From NCBI RefSeq assembly GCF_044324875.1, contig NZ_CP172185.1: a stretch of DNA of 64,000 bases, one strand, 5' to 3'. Below the pieces are notes generated by a model. It was not told where the DNA came from. It made no database searches and saw only the letters and a list, made by a program, of their open reading frames with translations. Made by a program: the position numbers and the translations under genes. Position 1 is the stretch's first letter; the number at the start of each line of letters is the position of its first letter. This DNA is from Escherichia coli. GTDB taxonomy: Bacteria; Pseudomonadota; Gammaproteobacteria; Enterobacterales; Enterobacteriaceae. Shown in pieces: positions 27,586 to 41,407 of the stretch.

Positions 27586-27922
27586 GATGTAAAGAGACTC
27601 ACGGGTAATGACGATTTCCGCACTGAAAGAAATCGAAATGCAGTTTTGTCAGATATTACGCCTGTGTGCTGTGTTAATGACAAAAGCAGATAAAAAAGTT
27701 GTTATTTTTTTTCATAACATGATCAGTGTCAGATTTTTACCCAATGGAATACGATGATTTTTTTATCAGTTTTGCCGCACTTTGCGCGCTTTTACCGTAA
27801 TCGCACGGGTGGATAAGCGTTTACAGTTTTCGCAAGCTCGTAAAAGCAGTACAGTGCACCGTAAGAAAATTACAAGTATACCCTGGCTTAAGTACCGGGA
27901 TAGTTAACTTAAGGAGAATGAC

Positions 27923-29398
27923 ATGGCGGTAACGCAAACAGCCCAGGCCTGTGACCTGGTCATTTTCGGCGCGAAAGGCGACCTTGCGCGTCGTAAATTG
28001 CTGCCTTCCCTGTATCAACTGGAAAAAGCCGGTCAGCTCAACCCGGACACCCGGATTATCGGCGTAGGGCGTGCTGACTGGGATAAAGCGGCTTATACCA
28101 AAGTTGTCCGCGAGGCGCTCGAAACTTTCATGAAAGAAACCATTGATGAAGGTTTATGGGACACCCTGAGTGCACGTCTGGATTTTTGTAATCTCGATGT
28201 CAATGACACTGCTGCATTCAGCCGTCTCGGCGCGATGCTGGATCAAAAAAATCGTATCACCATTAACTACTTTGCCATGCCGCCCAGCACTTTTGGCGCA
28301 ATTTGCAAAGGGCTTGGCGAGGCAAAACTGAATGCTAAACCGGCACGCGTAGTCATGGAGAAACCGCTGGGGACGTCGCTGGCGACCTCGCAGGAAATCA
28401 ATGATCAGGTTGGCGAATACTTCGAGGAGTGCCAGGTTTACCGTATCGACCACTATCTTGGTAAAGAAACGGTGCTGAACCTGTTGGCGCTGCGTTTTGC
28501 TAACTCCCTGTTTGTGAATAACTGGGACAATCGCACCATTGATCATGTTGAGATTACCGTGGCAGAAGAAGTGGGGATCGAAGGGCGCTGGGGCTATTTT
28601 GATAAAGCCGGTCAGATGCGCGACATGATCCAGAACCACCTGCTGCAAATTCTTTGCATGATTGCGATGTCTCCGCCGTCTGACCTGAGTGCAGACAGCA
28701 TCCGCGATGAAAAAGTGAAAGTACTGAAGTCTCTGCGCCGCATTGACCGCTCCAACGTGCGCGAAAAAACCGTACGCGGGCAATATACTGCGGGCTTCGC
28801 CCAGGGCAAAAAAGTGCCGGGATATCTGGAAGAAGAGGGCGCGAACAAGAGCAGCAATACAGAAACCTTCGTGGCGATCCGCGTCGACATTGATAACTGG
28901 CGCTGGGCCGGTGTGCCATTCTACCTGCGTACTGGTAAACGTCTGCCGACCAAATGTTCTGAAGTCGTGGTCTATTTCAAAACACCTGAACTGAATCTGT
29001 TTAAAGAGTCGTGGCAGGATCTGCCGCAGAATAAACTGACTATCCGTCTGCAACCTGATGAAGGCGTGGATATCCAGGTACTGAATAAAGTTCCTGGCCT
29101 TGACCATAAACATAACCTGCAAATCACCAAGCTGGATCTGAGCTATTCAGAAACCTTTAATCAAACGCATCTGGCAGATGCCTATGAACGTCTGCTGCTG
29201 GAAACCATGCGTGGTATTCAGGCACTGTTCGTACGTCGCGATGAAGTGGAAGAAGCCTGGAAATGGGTAGACTCCATTACTGAGGCGTGGGCGATGGACA
29301 ATGATGCGCCGAAACCGTATCAGGCCGGAACCTGGGGACCTGTTGCCTCAGTGGCGATGATTACCCGTGATGGTCGTTCCTGGAATGAGTTTGAGTAA
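27923..29398 (+). CDS. zwf: Glucose-6-phosphate 1-dehydrogenase
   Basis: 491-aa [37 protein letters not shown]... with G6PD active-site motif RIDHYLGKE. Confidence 0.95.
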   Translation: MAVTQTAQACDLVIFGAKGDLARRKLLPSLYQLEKAGQLNPDTRIIGVGRADWDKAAYTKVVREALETFMKETIDEGLWDTLSARLDFCNLDVNDTAAFSRLGAMLDQKNRITINYFAMPPSTFGAICKGLGEAKLNAKPARVVMEKPLGTSLATSQEINDQVGEYFEECQVYRIDHYLGKETVLNLLALRFANSLFVNNWDNRTIDHVEITVAEEVGIEGRWGYFDKAGQMRDMIQNHLLQILCMIAMSPPSDLSADSIRDEKVKVLKSLRRIDRSNVREKTVRGQYTAGFAQGKKVPGYLEEEGANKSSNTETFVAIRVDIDNWRWAGVPFYLRTGKRLPTKCSEVVVYFKTPELNLFKESWQDLPQNKLTIRLQPDEGVDIQVLNKVPGLDHKHNLQITKLDLSYSETFNQTHLADAYERLLLETMRGIQALFVRRDEVEEAWKWVDSITEAWAMDNDAPKPYQAGTWGPVASVAMITRDGRSWNEFE

Positions 29399-29477
29399 TA
29401 TCTGCGCTCATCCTTTATGGTTATTTTACCGGTAACATGATCTTGCACAGATTGTAGAACAATTTTTACACTTTCAG

Positions 29478-29512
29478 GCCTCGTGCGGATTCACCCACGA
29501 GGCTTTTTTTAT
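29478..29512 (+). terminator. Rho-independent terminator after zwf
   Basis: GCCTCGTG...CACGAGGC stem followed by a T7 run. Confidence 0.6.
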
Positions 29513-29632
29513 TACACTGACTGAAACGTTTTTGCCCTATGAGCTCCGGTTACAGGCGTTTCAGTCATAAATCCTCTGAATGAAACGCGTTGTGAATCAT
29601 CCTGCTCTGACAACTCAATTTCAGGAGCCTTT

Positions 29633-31444
29633 ATGAACCCACAATTGTTACGCGTAACAAATCGAATCATTGAACGTTCGCGCGAGACTCGCTCTGCTTA
29701 TCTCGCCCGGATAGAACAAGCGAAAACTTCGACCGTTCATCGTTCGCAGTTGGCATGCGGTAACCTGGCACACGGTTTCGCTGCCTGCCAGCCAGAAGAC
29801 AAAGCCTCTTTGAAAAGCATGTTGCGTAACAATATCGCCATCATCACCTCCTATAACGACATGCTCTCCGCGCACCAGCCTTATGAACACTATCCAGAAA
29901 TCATTCGTAAAGCCCTGCATGAAGCAAATGCGGTTGGTCAGGTTGCAGGCGGTGTTCCGGCGATGTGTGATGGTGTCACCCAGGGGCAGGATGGAATGGA
30001 ATTGTCGCTGTTAAGCCGCGAAGTGATTGCGATGTCTGCGGCGGTGGGGCTGTCCCATAACATGTTTGATGGTGCTCTGTTCCTCGGTGTGTGCGACAAG
30101 ATTGTCCCGGGTCTGACGATGGCAGCCCTGTCGTTTGGGCATTTGCCTGCGGTGTTTGTGCCGTCTGGACCGATGGCAAGCGGTTTGCCAAATAAAGAAA
30201 AAGTGCGTATTCGCCAGCTTTATGCCGAAGGTAAAGTGGACCGCATGGCATTACTGGAGTCAGAAGCCGCGTCTTATCATGCGCCGGGAACATGTACTTT
30301 CTACGGTACTGCCAACACCAACCAGATGGTGGTGGAGTTTATGGGGATGCAGTTGCCAGGCTCTTCTTTTGTTCATCCGGATTCTCCGCTGCGCGATGCT
30401 TTGACCGCAGCCGCTGCGCGCCAGGTTACACGCATGACCGGTAATGGTAATGAATGGATGCCGATCGGTAAGATGATAGATGAGAAAGTGGTGGTGAACG
30501 GTATCGTTGCACTGCTGGCGACCGGTGGTTCCACTAACCACACCATGCACCTGGTGGCGATGGCACGCGCGGCCGGTATTCAGATTAACTGGGATGACTT
30601 TTCTGACCTTTCTGATGTTGTACCGCTGATGGCACGTCTCTACCCGAACGGTCCGGCCGATATTAACCACTTCCAGGCGGCAGGTGGCGTACCGGTTCTG
30701 GTGCGTGAACTGCTCAAAGCAGGCCTGCTGCATGAAGATGTCAATACGGTGGCAGGCTTTGGTCTGTCTCGTTATACCCTTGAACCATGGCTGAATAATG
30801 GTGAACTGGACTGGCGGGAAGGGGCGGAAAAATCACTCGACAGCAATGTGATCGCTTCCTTCGAACAACCTTTCTCTCATCATGGTGGGACAAAAGTGTT
30901 AAGCGGTAACCTGGGCCGTGCGGTTATGAAAACCTCTGCCGTGCCGGTTGAGAACCAGGTGATTGAAGCGCCTGCGGTTGTTTTTGAAAGCCAGCATGAC
31001 GTTATGCCGGCCTTTGAAGCAGGTTTGCTGGACCGCGATTGTGTCGTTGTTGTCCGTCATCAGGGGCCAAAAGCGAACGGAATGCCAGAATTACATAAAC
31101 TCATGCCGCCACTTGGTGTATTATTGGACCGGTGTTTCAAAATTGCGTTAGTTACTGATGGACGACTCTCCGGCGCTTCAGGTAAAGTGCCGTCAGCTAT
31201 CCACGTAACACCAGAAGCCTACGATGGCGGGCTGCTGGCAAAAGTGCGCGACGGGGACATCATTCGTGTGAATGGACAGACAGGCGAACTGACGCTGCTG
31301 GTAGACGAAGCGGAACTGGCTGCTCGCGAACCGCACATTCCTGACCTGAGCGCGTCACGCGTGGGAACAGGACGTGAATTATTCAGCGCCTTGCGTGAAA
31401 AACTGTCCGGTGCCGAACAGGGCGCAACCTGTATCACTTTTTAA
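29633..31444 (+). CDS. edd: Phosphogluconate dehydratase (Entner-Doudoroff)
   Basis: 603-aa ORF, IlvD/Edd family; synteny zwf-edd-eda. Confidence 0.95.
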   Translation: MNPQLLRVTNRIIERSRETRSAYLARIEQAKTSTVHRSQLACGNLAHGFAACQPEDKASLKSMLRNNIAIITSYNDMLSAHQPYEHYPEIIRKALHEANAVGQVAGGVPAMCDGVTQGQDGMELSLLSREVIAMSAAVGLSHNMFDGALFLGVCDKIVPGLTMAALSFGHLPAVFVPSGPMASGLPNKEKVRIRQLYAEGKVDRMALLESEAASYHAPGTCTFYGTANTNQMVVEFMGMQLPGSSFVHPDSPLRDALTAAAARQVTRMTGNGNEWMPIGKMIDEKVVVNGIVALLATGGSTNHTMHLVAMARAAGIQINWDDFSDLSDVVPLMARLYPNGPADINHFQAAGGVPVLVRELLKAGLLHEDVNTVAGFGLSRYTLEPWLNNGELDWREGAEKSLDSNVIASFEQPFSHHGGTKVLSGNLGRAVMKTSAVPVENQVIEAPAVVFESQHDVMPAFEAGLLDRDCVVVVRHQGPKANGMPELHKLMPPLGVLLDRCFKIALVTDGRLSGASGKVPSAIHVTPEAYDGGLLAKVRDGDIIRVNGQTGELTLLVDEAELAAREPHIPDLSASRVGTGRELFSALREKLSGAEQGATCITF

Positions 31445-31480
31445 GACGACAAATTTGTAATCAGGCGAGAGAAAACTCTG

Positions 31481-32122
31481 ATGAAAAACTGGAAAACAAG
31501 TGCAGAATCAATCCTGACCACCGGCCCGGTTGTACCGGTTATCGTGGTAAAAAAACTGGAACACGCGGTGCCGATGGCAAAAGCGTTGGTTGCTGGTGGG
31601 GTGCGCGTTCTGGAAGTGACTCTGCGTACCGAGTGTGCAGTTGACGCTATCCGTGCTATCGCCAAAGAAGTACCTGAAGCGATTGTGGGTGCCGGTACGG
31701 TGCTGAATCCACAGCAGCTGGCAGAAGTCACCGAAGCGGGTGCACAGTTCGCAATTAGCCCGGGTCTGACCGAGCCGCTGCTGAAAGCTGCTACCGAAGG
31801 GACTGTTCCTCTGATTCCGGGGATCAGCACTGTTTCCGAACTGATGCTGGGTATGGACTACGGTTTGAAAGAGTTCAAATTCTTCCCGGCTGAAGCTAAC
31901 GGCGGCGTGAAAGCCCTGCAGGCAATCGCGGGTCCGTTCTCCCAGGTCCGTTTCTGCCCGACGGGTGGTATTTCTCCGGCTAACTACCGTGACTACCTGG
32001 CGCTGAAAAGCGTGCTGTGCATCGGTGGCTCCTGGCTGGTTCCGGCAGATGCGCTGGAAGCGGGCGATTACGACCGCATTACTAAGCTGGCGCGTGAAGC
32101 TGTAGAAGGCGCTAAGCTGTAA
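31481..32122 (+). CDS. eda: KDPG/KHG aldolase
   Basis: 213-aa [54 protein letters not shown]... Confidence 0.95.
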   Translation: MKNWKTSAESILTTGPVVPVIVVKKLEHAVPMAKALVAGGVRVLEVTLRTECAVDAIRAIAKEVPEAIVGAGTVLNPQQLAEVTEAGAQFAISPGLTEPLLKAATEGTVPLIPGISTVSELMLGMDYGLKEFKFFPAEANGGVKALQAIAGPFSQVRFCPTGGISPANYRDYLALKSVLCIGGSWLVPADALEAGDYDRITKLAREAVEGAKL

Positions 32123-32127
32123 AAGTC

Positions 32128-32158
32128 AAAATGCCCGATCCTCGATCGGGCATTTTGG
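32128..32158. terminator. Hairpin terminator between convergent eda and purT
   Basis: ATGCCCGATC-CTC-GATCGGGCAT followed by TTTT; A-rich on the other side. Confidence 0.6.
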
Positions 32159-32176
32159 TAGCGTTTTTCGCCGGGG

Positions 32177-33355
32177 CTAAGCTTGTACTTTTATCTGTGC
32201 TGCGGCGTGCTTTGCGCGCTCAATCGCTTCATCAACACTCTCTGCAGTAGCCAGTGCCACCCCCAGACGACGGCTGCCATCAATTTCCGGCTTACCAAAT
32301 AAACGAATCTGCAAACCTGCGCCTACGGCATTCTGCACATTATCAAACGTGACATTCTCACTGGTCAGTTGTGGCAGGATAACGGCAGAAGCTGCAGGAC
32401 CATACTGACGGATCCCGCCAACCGGAAGTCCGAGAAAGGCTCGCACATGCAGGGCAAACTCCGAGAGATCCTGAGAAATTAACGTCACCATCCCGGTATC
32501 ATGTGGGCGAGGGGAGACCTCACTGAAAATCACCTCATCACCACAGACAAACAGCTCGACACCAAACAGACCATAACCGCCCAGTGCCAGCACCACTTTA
32601 CGGGCAATCTCCTGCGCACGTTCAAGGGCAAGCGGGCTCATTTGTTGTGGTTGCCAGGATTCACGATAGTCGCCATTTTCCTGGCGATGACCTACCGGTG
32701 CACAGAAATGGACGCCATCCACCGCGCTGACGGTTAGCAGGGTAATTTCGAAGTCAAACTTAACGACGCCTTCAACAATTACGCGGCCCGCTCCGGCGCG
32801 ACCGCCTTGCTGAGCGTACTCCCATGCTTGAGCAAGTTGCTCTGCAGAACGAATAAACGTCTGCCCTTTACCGGAAGAGCTCATCACCGGTTTAACAATG
32901 CAGGGATAGCCGATGTCAGCAACCGCCTCGCGGAAAAGGCTTTCGCTATCGGCAAAACGATAAGTGGAAGTGGGCAGCTGCAGCTCTTCTGCCGCCAGGC
33001 GACGGATACCCTCGCGATTCATCGTTAATTTCGTTGCGCGCGCGCAGGGGACAACATTCAGCCCTTCCTCTTCAAGTTGGATCAGCATATCGGTGGCAAT
33101 AGCTTCGATCTCCGGCACGATATAATGTGGTTTTTCCAGTTCAACCACACGGCGTAATGCATCACCATCAAGCATATTAATGACATGGGAGCGATGCGCG
33201 ACATGCATAGCTGGCGCGTCGGCATAGCGATCGACGGCAATCACCTCTACGCCGAGACGCTGACACTCGATTGCCACTTCTTTACCCAGTTCACCGGAGC
33301 CTAATAACATCACGCGAGTTGCTGCCGGACGCAGCGCAGTGCCTAATAACGTCAT
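32177..33355 (-). CDS. purT: Formate-dependent phosphoribosylglycinamide formyltransferase PurT
   Basis: 392-aa [47 protein letters not shown]...; ATP-grasp. Confidence 0.95.
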   Translation of the reverse strand: MTLLGTALRPAATRVMLLGSGELGKEVAIECQRLGVEVIAVDRYADAPAMHVAHRSHVINMLDGDALRRVVELEKPHYIVPEIEAIATDMLIQLEEEGLNVVPCARATKLTMNREGIRRLAAEELQLPTSTYRFADSESLFREAVADIGYPCIVKPVMSSSGKGQTFIRSAEQLAQAWEYAQQGGRAGAGRVIVEGVVKFDFEITLLTVSAVDGVHFCAPVGHRQENGDYRESWQPQQMSPLALERAQEIARKVVLALGGYGLFGVELFVCGDEVIFSEVSPRPHDTGMVTLISQDLSEFALHVRAFLGLPVGGIRQYGPAASAVILPQLTSENVTFDNVQNAVGAGLQIRLFGKPEIDGSRRLGVALATAESVDEAIERAKHAAAQIKVQA

Positions 33356-33392
33356 AACGAATATCCCCTGATTAATTCCGCGCGCAGTATAA

Positions 33393-33408
33393 ACGAAAAC
33401 GTTTGCGT
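33393..33408. promoter_or_regulatory. PurR operator upstream of purT
   Basis: ACGAAAACGTTTGCGT fits the PurR box consensus (A-G-AAAACGTTT-C-T palindrome). Confidence 0.6.
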
Positions 33409-33451
33409 GTGTCTTTATTGTTGATGTTGATTTCCCAACCGAGAAGAAATA

Positions 33452-33470
33452 TACTGTATAAAATCACAGT
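33452..33470. promoter_or_regulatory. LexA (SOS) box upstream of yebG
   Basis: TACTGTATAAAATCACAGT with CTGT-N8-ACAG, about 20 bp upstream of the yebG start. Confidence 0.7.
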
Positions 33471-33488
33471 TATTATGAGAGGCTGCAA

Positions 33489-33779
33489 ATGGCGGTTGAA
33501 GTTAAATACGTAGTCATTCGTGAGGGCGAAGAGAAAATGTCGTTTACCAGCAAAAAGGAAGCCGATGCTTATGACAAAATGCTTGATACGGCGGATCTGC
33601 TTGACACCTGGCTGACAAATTCTCCAGTGCAAATGGAAGACGAGCAACGTGAAGCCCTTTCGCTATGGCTGGCAGAACAAAAAGATGTGCTGAGCACCAT
33701 TCTGAAAACCGGCAAATTACCGTCCCCACAGGTCGTCGGTGCTGAATCCGAAGAGGAAGATGCCTCACACGCGGCCTGA
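33489..33779 (+). CDS. yebG: DNA damage-inducible protein YebG
   Basis: 96-aa ORF MAVEVKYVVIREGEEKMSFTSKKEADAYDKMLDTADLL... Confidence 0.9.
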   Translation: MAVEVKYVVIREGEEKMSFTSKKEADAYDKMLDTADLLDTWLTNSPVQMEDEQREALSLWLAEQKDVLSTILKTGKLPSPQVVGAESEEEDASHAA

Positions 33780-33797
33780 AGCAACTTGCGCTCCTGA

Positions 33798-34202
<405 letters not shown>

Positions 34203-34528
34203 TGGCTTCTGATAATTCGATTGACCGTTGGCGGATGCGGCGCGAATGCCTTGTCCGCCCCACAACGCACCACAATCGTAGGCCTGAGAAGACGCAACAG
34301 CGTCGCATCGGGCAATCAGCTTCAAACAGTGCCACTCAAAACGTCAAATTACTTTCACCTAAAATACCCTTATCACCTGATATACAGTGAATACCTTACC
34401 TGGCGCGAATTTCTTTGAATAACGGCCTACCGACCCGCTTATTTGCGCATCTTTTGTCTCGATATACATTTTCTGACATCCTCATCCGCTATGCTACAGG
34501 CACTAAAAATGGTTATTGAGGAGCAAAT

Positions 34529-35188
34529 ATGGCTAACTGGTTAAATCAACTGCAATCCTTGCTTGGGCAAAGCAGTTCTTCTGCCTCCTCGTCTGCGGAT
34601 CAGGGATTGGGCAAACTTTTAGTGCCAGGCGCATTAGGCGGACTGGCTGGGCTGCTGGTCGCAAATAAATCAGCACGTAAACTTCTTACGAAATATGGCA
34701 CCAACGCGTTACTGGTTGGCGGCGGAGCGGTCGCGGGTACGGTGCTGTGGAATAAATACAAAGATAAAATTCGCGCGGCGCATCAGGACGAACCGCAGTT
34801 TGGCGCGCAAAGTACGCCGCTGGATGAGCGTACGGAACGTTTGATCCTTGCGCTGGTCTTTGCCGCTAAAAGTGATGGTCATATTGATGCCAAAGAACGT
34901 GCGGCAATCGATCAGCAATTGCGTGAAGCCGGTGTGGAAGAACAGGGGCGTGTACTCATTGAGCAGGCAATCGAACAACCGCTGGATCCACAACGCCTGG
35001 CTACCGGGATTCGCAATGAAGAAGAGGCGCTGGAAATCTATTTCCTGAGCTGCGCGGCTATTGATATTGACCATTTTATGGAACGCAGTTACCTGAATGC
35101 ACTGGGTGACGCGCTGAAAATCCCCCAGGATGTTCGTGACGGCATTGAACGCGATCTCGAACAGCAAAAACGTACTTTGGCGGAATAA
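34529..35188 (+). CDS. yebE: Inner membrane protein YebE (DUF533)
   Basis: 219-aa [44 protein letters not shown]... Confidence 0.85.
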   Translation: MANWLNQLQSLLGQSSSSASSSADQGLGKLLVPGALGGLAGLLVANKSARKLLTKYGTNALLVGGGAVAGTVLWNKYKDKIRAAHQDEPQFGAQSTPLDERTERLILALVFAAKSDGHIDAKERAAIDQQLREAGVEEQGRVLIEQAIEQPLDPQRLATGIRNEEEALEIYFLSCAAIDIDHFMERSYLNALGDALKIPQDVRDGIERDLEQQKRTLAE

Positions 35189-35351
35189 TTCCGCTCTCAG
35201 GATAGCCTGAAGTTGACTATTTCGGGCTATCCAGAACCGCACAGCCATTTGAACAGGCTGATTTTCTCTGTCTGCATAACATTCGATATCCGCGCCATTA
35301 CCTGTCATCATGTGACTGCTCCCCGCCCTGTCGGGCAAGGCTTCCCACTTC

Positions 35352-36521
35352 TTAAGCCGCAACCGTCTGTGCTACGGATTTATGCTGGCCTCCATGGGCA
35401 GAAACGACGAGTCCCGCCGCTTGTAATTCCAGTATGCCCTTGCGTTTGATGTTGAGCGCCGCGTTGATATCGCGGTCATGTTCAACTCCACACTCTGGAC
35501 ACTGCCAGATGCGCTTATGTAATGGCATCTCCGACATTTTGTGACCGCAGCAGTGGCAGGTTTTCGAACTGGCGAACCATTGATCCAGTTTCACCAGATG
35601 CACACCTTTCTCTGTTGCTTTGTATTCCAGTTTTGTGATGAATCCAGACCATCCAGCATCGCCTATCGCACGAGCCAGATGGTGATTTTTCATCATATTT
35701 GCCGTTTTCAATGTCTCGACAATTACCGCTTGGTTTTCGTCAACAATTGCGCGAGATAACTTGTGCTGGAAATCGGCACGGGCACTGGCTACCCGTTCGT
35801 GAACGGCTGCAAGTTGTATTCTGGCTTTGCGCCTGTTTGCGTTCCCTTTTTTCTTACGGGACAGTGCTTTCTGCTTCCGGCGAAGGTTGCGACTTGCATT
35901 GATTAGGTGGCGGGGACTGGCAATTTTATTGCCGTCCGATTTGATGACAAAATGCGCCAGCCCCATATCCAGCCCTGTCACATTTGATATCAGTGCAGGC
36001 TTTGCCGGCGCTTCCATCCCGTCGTCACAAAGTAACGACGCGTAGTATTTCCCGGTTGCGCTGCGGCTCAACGTGATACTTTTCAGCATTCCCGTAATTT
36101 CACGATGTAAACGCGCTTCAATCGGCAAGATTTTCGGTATTTTTATCGCACCATCAAGGACTTTTATGCCAACACAATGATAGCTCGATTGTCTGCCGTG
36201 TTTACTTTTAAAGGTAGGTTTACCTGCTTTCAGTTTCGGATTGAAAAAGTTAGAAAAAGCCACGTCGAGGTTAATTACCGCCTGCTGCAACGCAATAGAA
36301 TCATATTCTTTAAGCCATCCATACCGGCGGGATTTCTTCGCCACTGCAAGCAGTGGTTTGAGGTCTTTACGCGGGTTTAAATTTACGCGGTGCCGCTGGT
36401 AAGAATGTTTCTTGATATGCAGAGCTTTGTTGTACGCAAAACGCACTGCACCGAACTGGGCGTTGATAAATTCAGCCTGTTCTGGTGTCGGGTAGATGCG
36501 TACTTTTGTTGCTCTTAACAT
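35352..36521 (-). CDS. tnpB: TnpB (OrfB_IS605) RuvC-like putative RNA-guided nuclease
   Basis: 389-aa ORF; RuvC-like motifs TGLDMGLAHF, AVIVETLK and EHDRDINAALNI plus zinc finger CHCCGHK...CPECG; architecture typical of IS605/IS607 TnpB. Confidence 0.85.
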   Translation of the reverse strand: MLRATKVRIYPTPEQAEFINAQFGAVRFAYNKALHIKKHSYQRHRVNLNPRKDLKPLLAVAKKSRRYGWLKEYDSIALQQAVINLDVAFSNFFNPKLKAGKPTFKSKHGRQSSYHCVGIKVLDGAIKIPKILPIEARLHREITGMLKSITLSRSATGKYYASLLCDDGMEAPAKPALISNVTGLDMGLAHFVIKSDGNKIASPRHLINASRNLRRKQKALSRKKKGNANRRKARIQLAAVHERVASARADFQHKLSRAIVDENQAVIVETLKTANMMKNHHLARAIGDAGWSGFITKLEYKATEKGVHLVKLDQWFASSKTCHCCGHKMSEMPLHKRIWQCPECGVEHDRDINAALNIKRKGILELQAAGLVVSAHGGQHKSVAQTVAA

Positions 36522-36577
36522 AATCAGCGCTCATTGATATAATGCTTTTATTTTAACACTTTAGGTAAATATATCAA

Positions 36578-37003
36578 TTGAGTAATCATGATGATTTACT
36601 GGCGGGATTTCTCCGCAAACGACACAGTGTCAGTAAGCTGGTTGTGCACCTTATTTTTACGACAAAGTATCGACGCAAACTATTCGACAGTCAGATGATC
36701 GCTCAGTTGCGTGAGGCTTTTGGCTCCGCTGCGGCAAAGCTTGAATGCGAAATTATTGAGATGGACGGGGAGCCAGACCATGTACACCTGCTGGTTGCCT
36801 ACCCGCCAAAACTGGCGGTCAGTGTGATGGTCAATAATTTAAAATCGGTATCATCACGTTTGCTACGCCAGCAGAACGCGCATTTACGTATGCAGAGTAA
36901 AACGGGGCTTTTGTGGTCGAGATCGTACTTTGTCTGTAGCACCGGAGAGGCAACGATTGAAACGCTCAGAGCCTACGTTCAGAGTCAGTCAACACCTGAT
37001 TGA
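36578..37003 (+). CDS. tnpA: IS200/IS605-family Y1 (HuH) transposase TnpA
   Basis: 141-aa ORF with HuH motif HVHLLV and C-terminal Tyr region SRSYFVCSTGEATIE; ORF-track first codon is TTG and no in-frame ATG precedes the conserved N-terminus. Confidence 0.75.
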   Translation: MSNHDDLLAGFLRKRHSVSKLVVHLIFTTKYRRKLFDSQMIAQLREAFGSAAAKLECEIIEMDGEPDHVHLLVAYPPKLAVSVMVNNLKSVSSRLLRQQNAHLRMQSKTGLLWSRSYFVCSTGEATIETLRAYVQSQSTPD

Positions 37004-37132
37004 TCTTTAAAGCCCTGCGGGCTTTTCGCCTTATATCCCCGCCCGCATTGGGCGAGGGTTTACGGCGTTTTTCGCTAAGCAATGACTACCCTGTTTCGCT
37101 TGCATCTCCGGTGAGTTTTGCCACCCTTATAA

Positions 37133-39879
<2,747 letters not shown>

Positions 39880-39902
39880 GGCATGCTCCAGGCCGAAAAA
39901 GC

Positions 39903-40559
39903 CTAGCGTAATGGAATGATATCGCCTTGCCAACCCTGTGATGAACGCTGACCGACTAACAATAATGAACCACGATCGGCGCGAACGATGAGACGACCAT
40001 GTTCATCCCATAGTGCACTGTTACCACGGGCATTTGCCATCAGCACGGCAATCGAGTACTGATGTGAAAAAAATTGTAAGCGACGGGCCGACGCCAGCAG
40101 GTCGGGTTCTCCCAGACATTGCCCTGTCGTAAACAGTGAACAGGTCGGGTCCATATCCATACCTTGCGGTTGTTCATCGACCACCGTGATGGTTCTGGAA
40201 CGACGGCCCAGACATGCACCATGACTCTGATGGTAGATCCCAGGCGTTTTTCGCCACGGTGCGAACACCGCAATTCCACGAATAAAGCGATCGTTATATT
40301 CAACGGGAAGGCCGGCAATGATGGTCATTCGCCAGGTCGTTGCAGCATAACAAAGCGGGTCTAACAGCGAGAGATCGGGTGGGGCAGGAAGGGCACGTCG
40401 CGAATAATCACACCCCAGTAAAGAAAGCGATGGAAAAACTAACAGCTGACATTGTTGCCTGGCGGCGGCCCTCACAAACTCCAGATGATGAGCTACCTGT
40501 TCGGTCAGTGAGGTTTTACGAGGCTCATATTGCGCTGCTGCAACTTTCCAGAACGACAT
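39903..40559 (-). CDS. yobB: YobB (carbon-nitrogen hydrolase family protein)
   Basis: 218-aa ORF MSFWKVAAAQYEPRKTSLTEQVAHHLEFVRAAARQQCQLLVFP... Confidence 0.8.
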   Translation of the reverse strand: MSFWKVAAAQYEPRKTSLTEQVAHHLEFVRAAARQQCQLLVFPSLSLLGCDYSRRALPAPPDLSLLDPLCYAATTWRMTIIAGLPVEYNDRFIRGIAVFAPWRKTPGIYHQSHGACLGRRSRTITVVDEQPQGMDMDPTCSLFTTGQCLGEPDLLASARRLQFFSHQYSIAVLMANARGNSALWDEHGRLIVRADRGSLLLVGQRSSQGWQGDIIPLR

Positions 40560-40660
40560 AATGACTTCCTTTTCAAAATGACTGCAAATTATGGGTGCGG
40601 TTTAGAAAATACTCATAATTTAGCAGGCGTTATGTAAGAAAGTGTAACTCTGTATAAGTT

Positions 40661-40891
40661 TTATTTAAGTTTGGGCTCGTAAGGTAAACGTGACAGATTG
40701 ACCGAAGCCAAACGGTGGGCGATAAGCCGCTCGCGAAACCAGCTGCGCAAATGTTCAGGCTGTTCACGTTCAACCGCTTCAGCGATCACCGGCATATTGT
40801 AGCGTTCTTTAAATGCCACCCCGGCCGCCGCCAAATCGACATTCACTTTATCCATTTCTGTTTGATCCAGTTTAGCCAGATTCTTCAGCAT
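40661..40891 (-). CDS. holE: DNA polymerase III theta subunit
   Basis: ORF 40661..40978; internal Met at 40891 gives 76 aa [35 protein letters not shown]... Confidence 0.85.
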
Positions 40892-41029
40892 TCTTAATCT
40901 CCTCATCATTCGCGGGCAAAAGTTACTAAGAGTGAGCCTGGATGGCAAGCCGGAATTGATGATCCTCGACTCAGACATTAGACAAGGTTATGCTCTGTAA
41001 AAAAGTTATTACAAAAAGGAATAGATAAT

Positions 41030-41404
41030 ATGGCTTCAACTGCACGCTCCCTTCGCTACGCGCTGGCAATCCTGACCACTTCGTTGGTGACACCTTCCGT
41101 CTGGGCACATGCGCATTTAACGCATCAGTATCCTGCGGCAAACGCGCAAGTGACAGCTGCCCCGCAGGCAATCACTTTAAACTTCTCGGAAGGCGTTGAA
41201 ACAGGATTCAGTGGTGCAAAAATCACGGGGCCAAAAAACGAAAATATTAAAACATTACCGGCGAAGCGGAATGAGCAGGACCCAAAGCAACTGATTGTTC
41301 CACTGGCCGATTCGCTGAAACCCGGAACCTACACCGTTGACTGGCATGTTGTTTCGGTGGACGGGCATAAAACGAAAGGACACTACACCTTTAGCGTGAA
41401 ATAA
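41030..41404 (+). CDS. yobA: Periplasmic copper-binding protein YobA (CopC family)
   Basis: 124-aa ORF with signal peptide and mature N-terminal HAHL. Confidence 0.85.
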   Translation: MASTARSLRYALAILTTSLVTPSVWAHAHLTHQYPAANAQVTAAPQAITLNFSEGVETGFSGAKITGPKNENIKTLPAKRNEQDPKQLIVPLADSLKPGTYTVDWHVVSVDGHKTKGHYTFSVK

Positions 41405-41407
41405 ATC

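Larger units (their letters stand above)
35300..37080 (-). mobile_element. IS200/IS605-family insertion sequence (IS605-type, divergent tnpA and tnpB); boundaries approximate
   Basis: TnpB-like and Y1 HuH TnpA-like ORFs arranged divergently; similar imperfect palindromes near both ends in the same orientation (CCCCGCCC-TGTC-GGGCAAGG at 35322-35341 and CCCCGCCC-GCATT-GGGCGAGGG at 37038-37060); no terminal inverted repeats. Confidence 0.7.

Noticed and set aside
28154-29122. 322-aa ORF on the minus strand
   Set aside because: Antisense within zwf.
34350-34400. LexA-like sequence CTGATATACAG in the yebF-yebE spacer
   Set aside because: CTG and CAG are separated by only 5 nt rather than the roughly 10 nt of a LexA box.
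35199-35232. Perfect 8-bp inverted repeat GGATAGCC...GGCTATCC just after the yebE stop, as a possible Rho-independent terminator
   Set aside because: The loop is 17 nt and there is no T-run; it could be a native structure or part of the IS right end, so it is not called as a terminator.
34709-35362. 217-aa ORF on the minus strand
   Set aside because: Antisense within yebE, extending into the IS element end.
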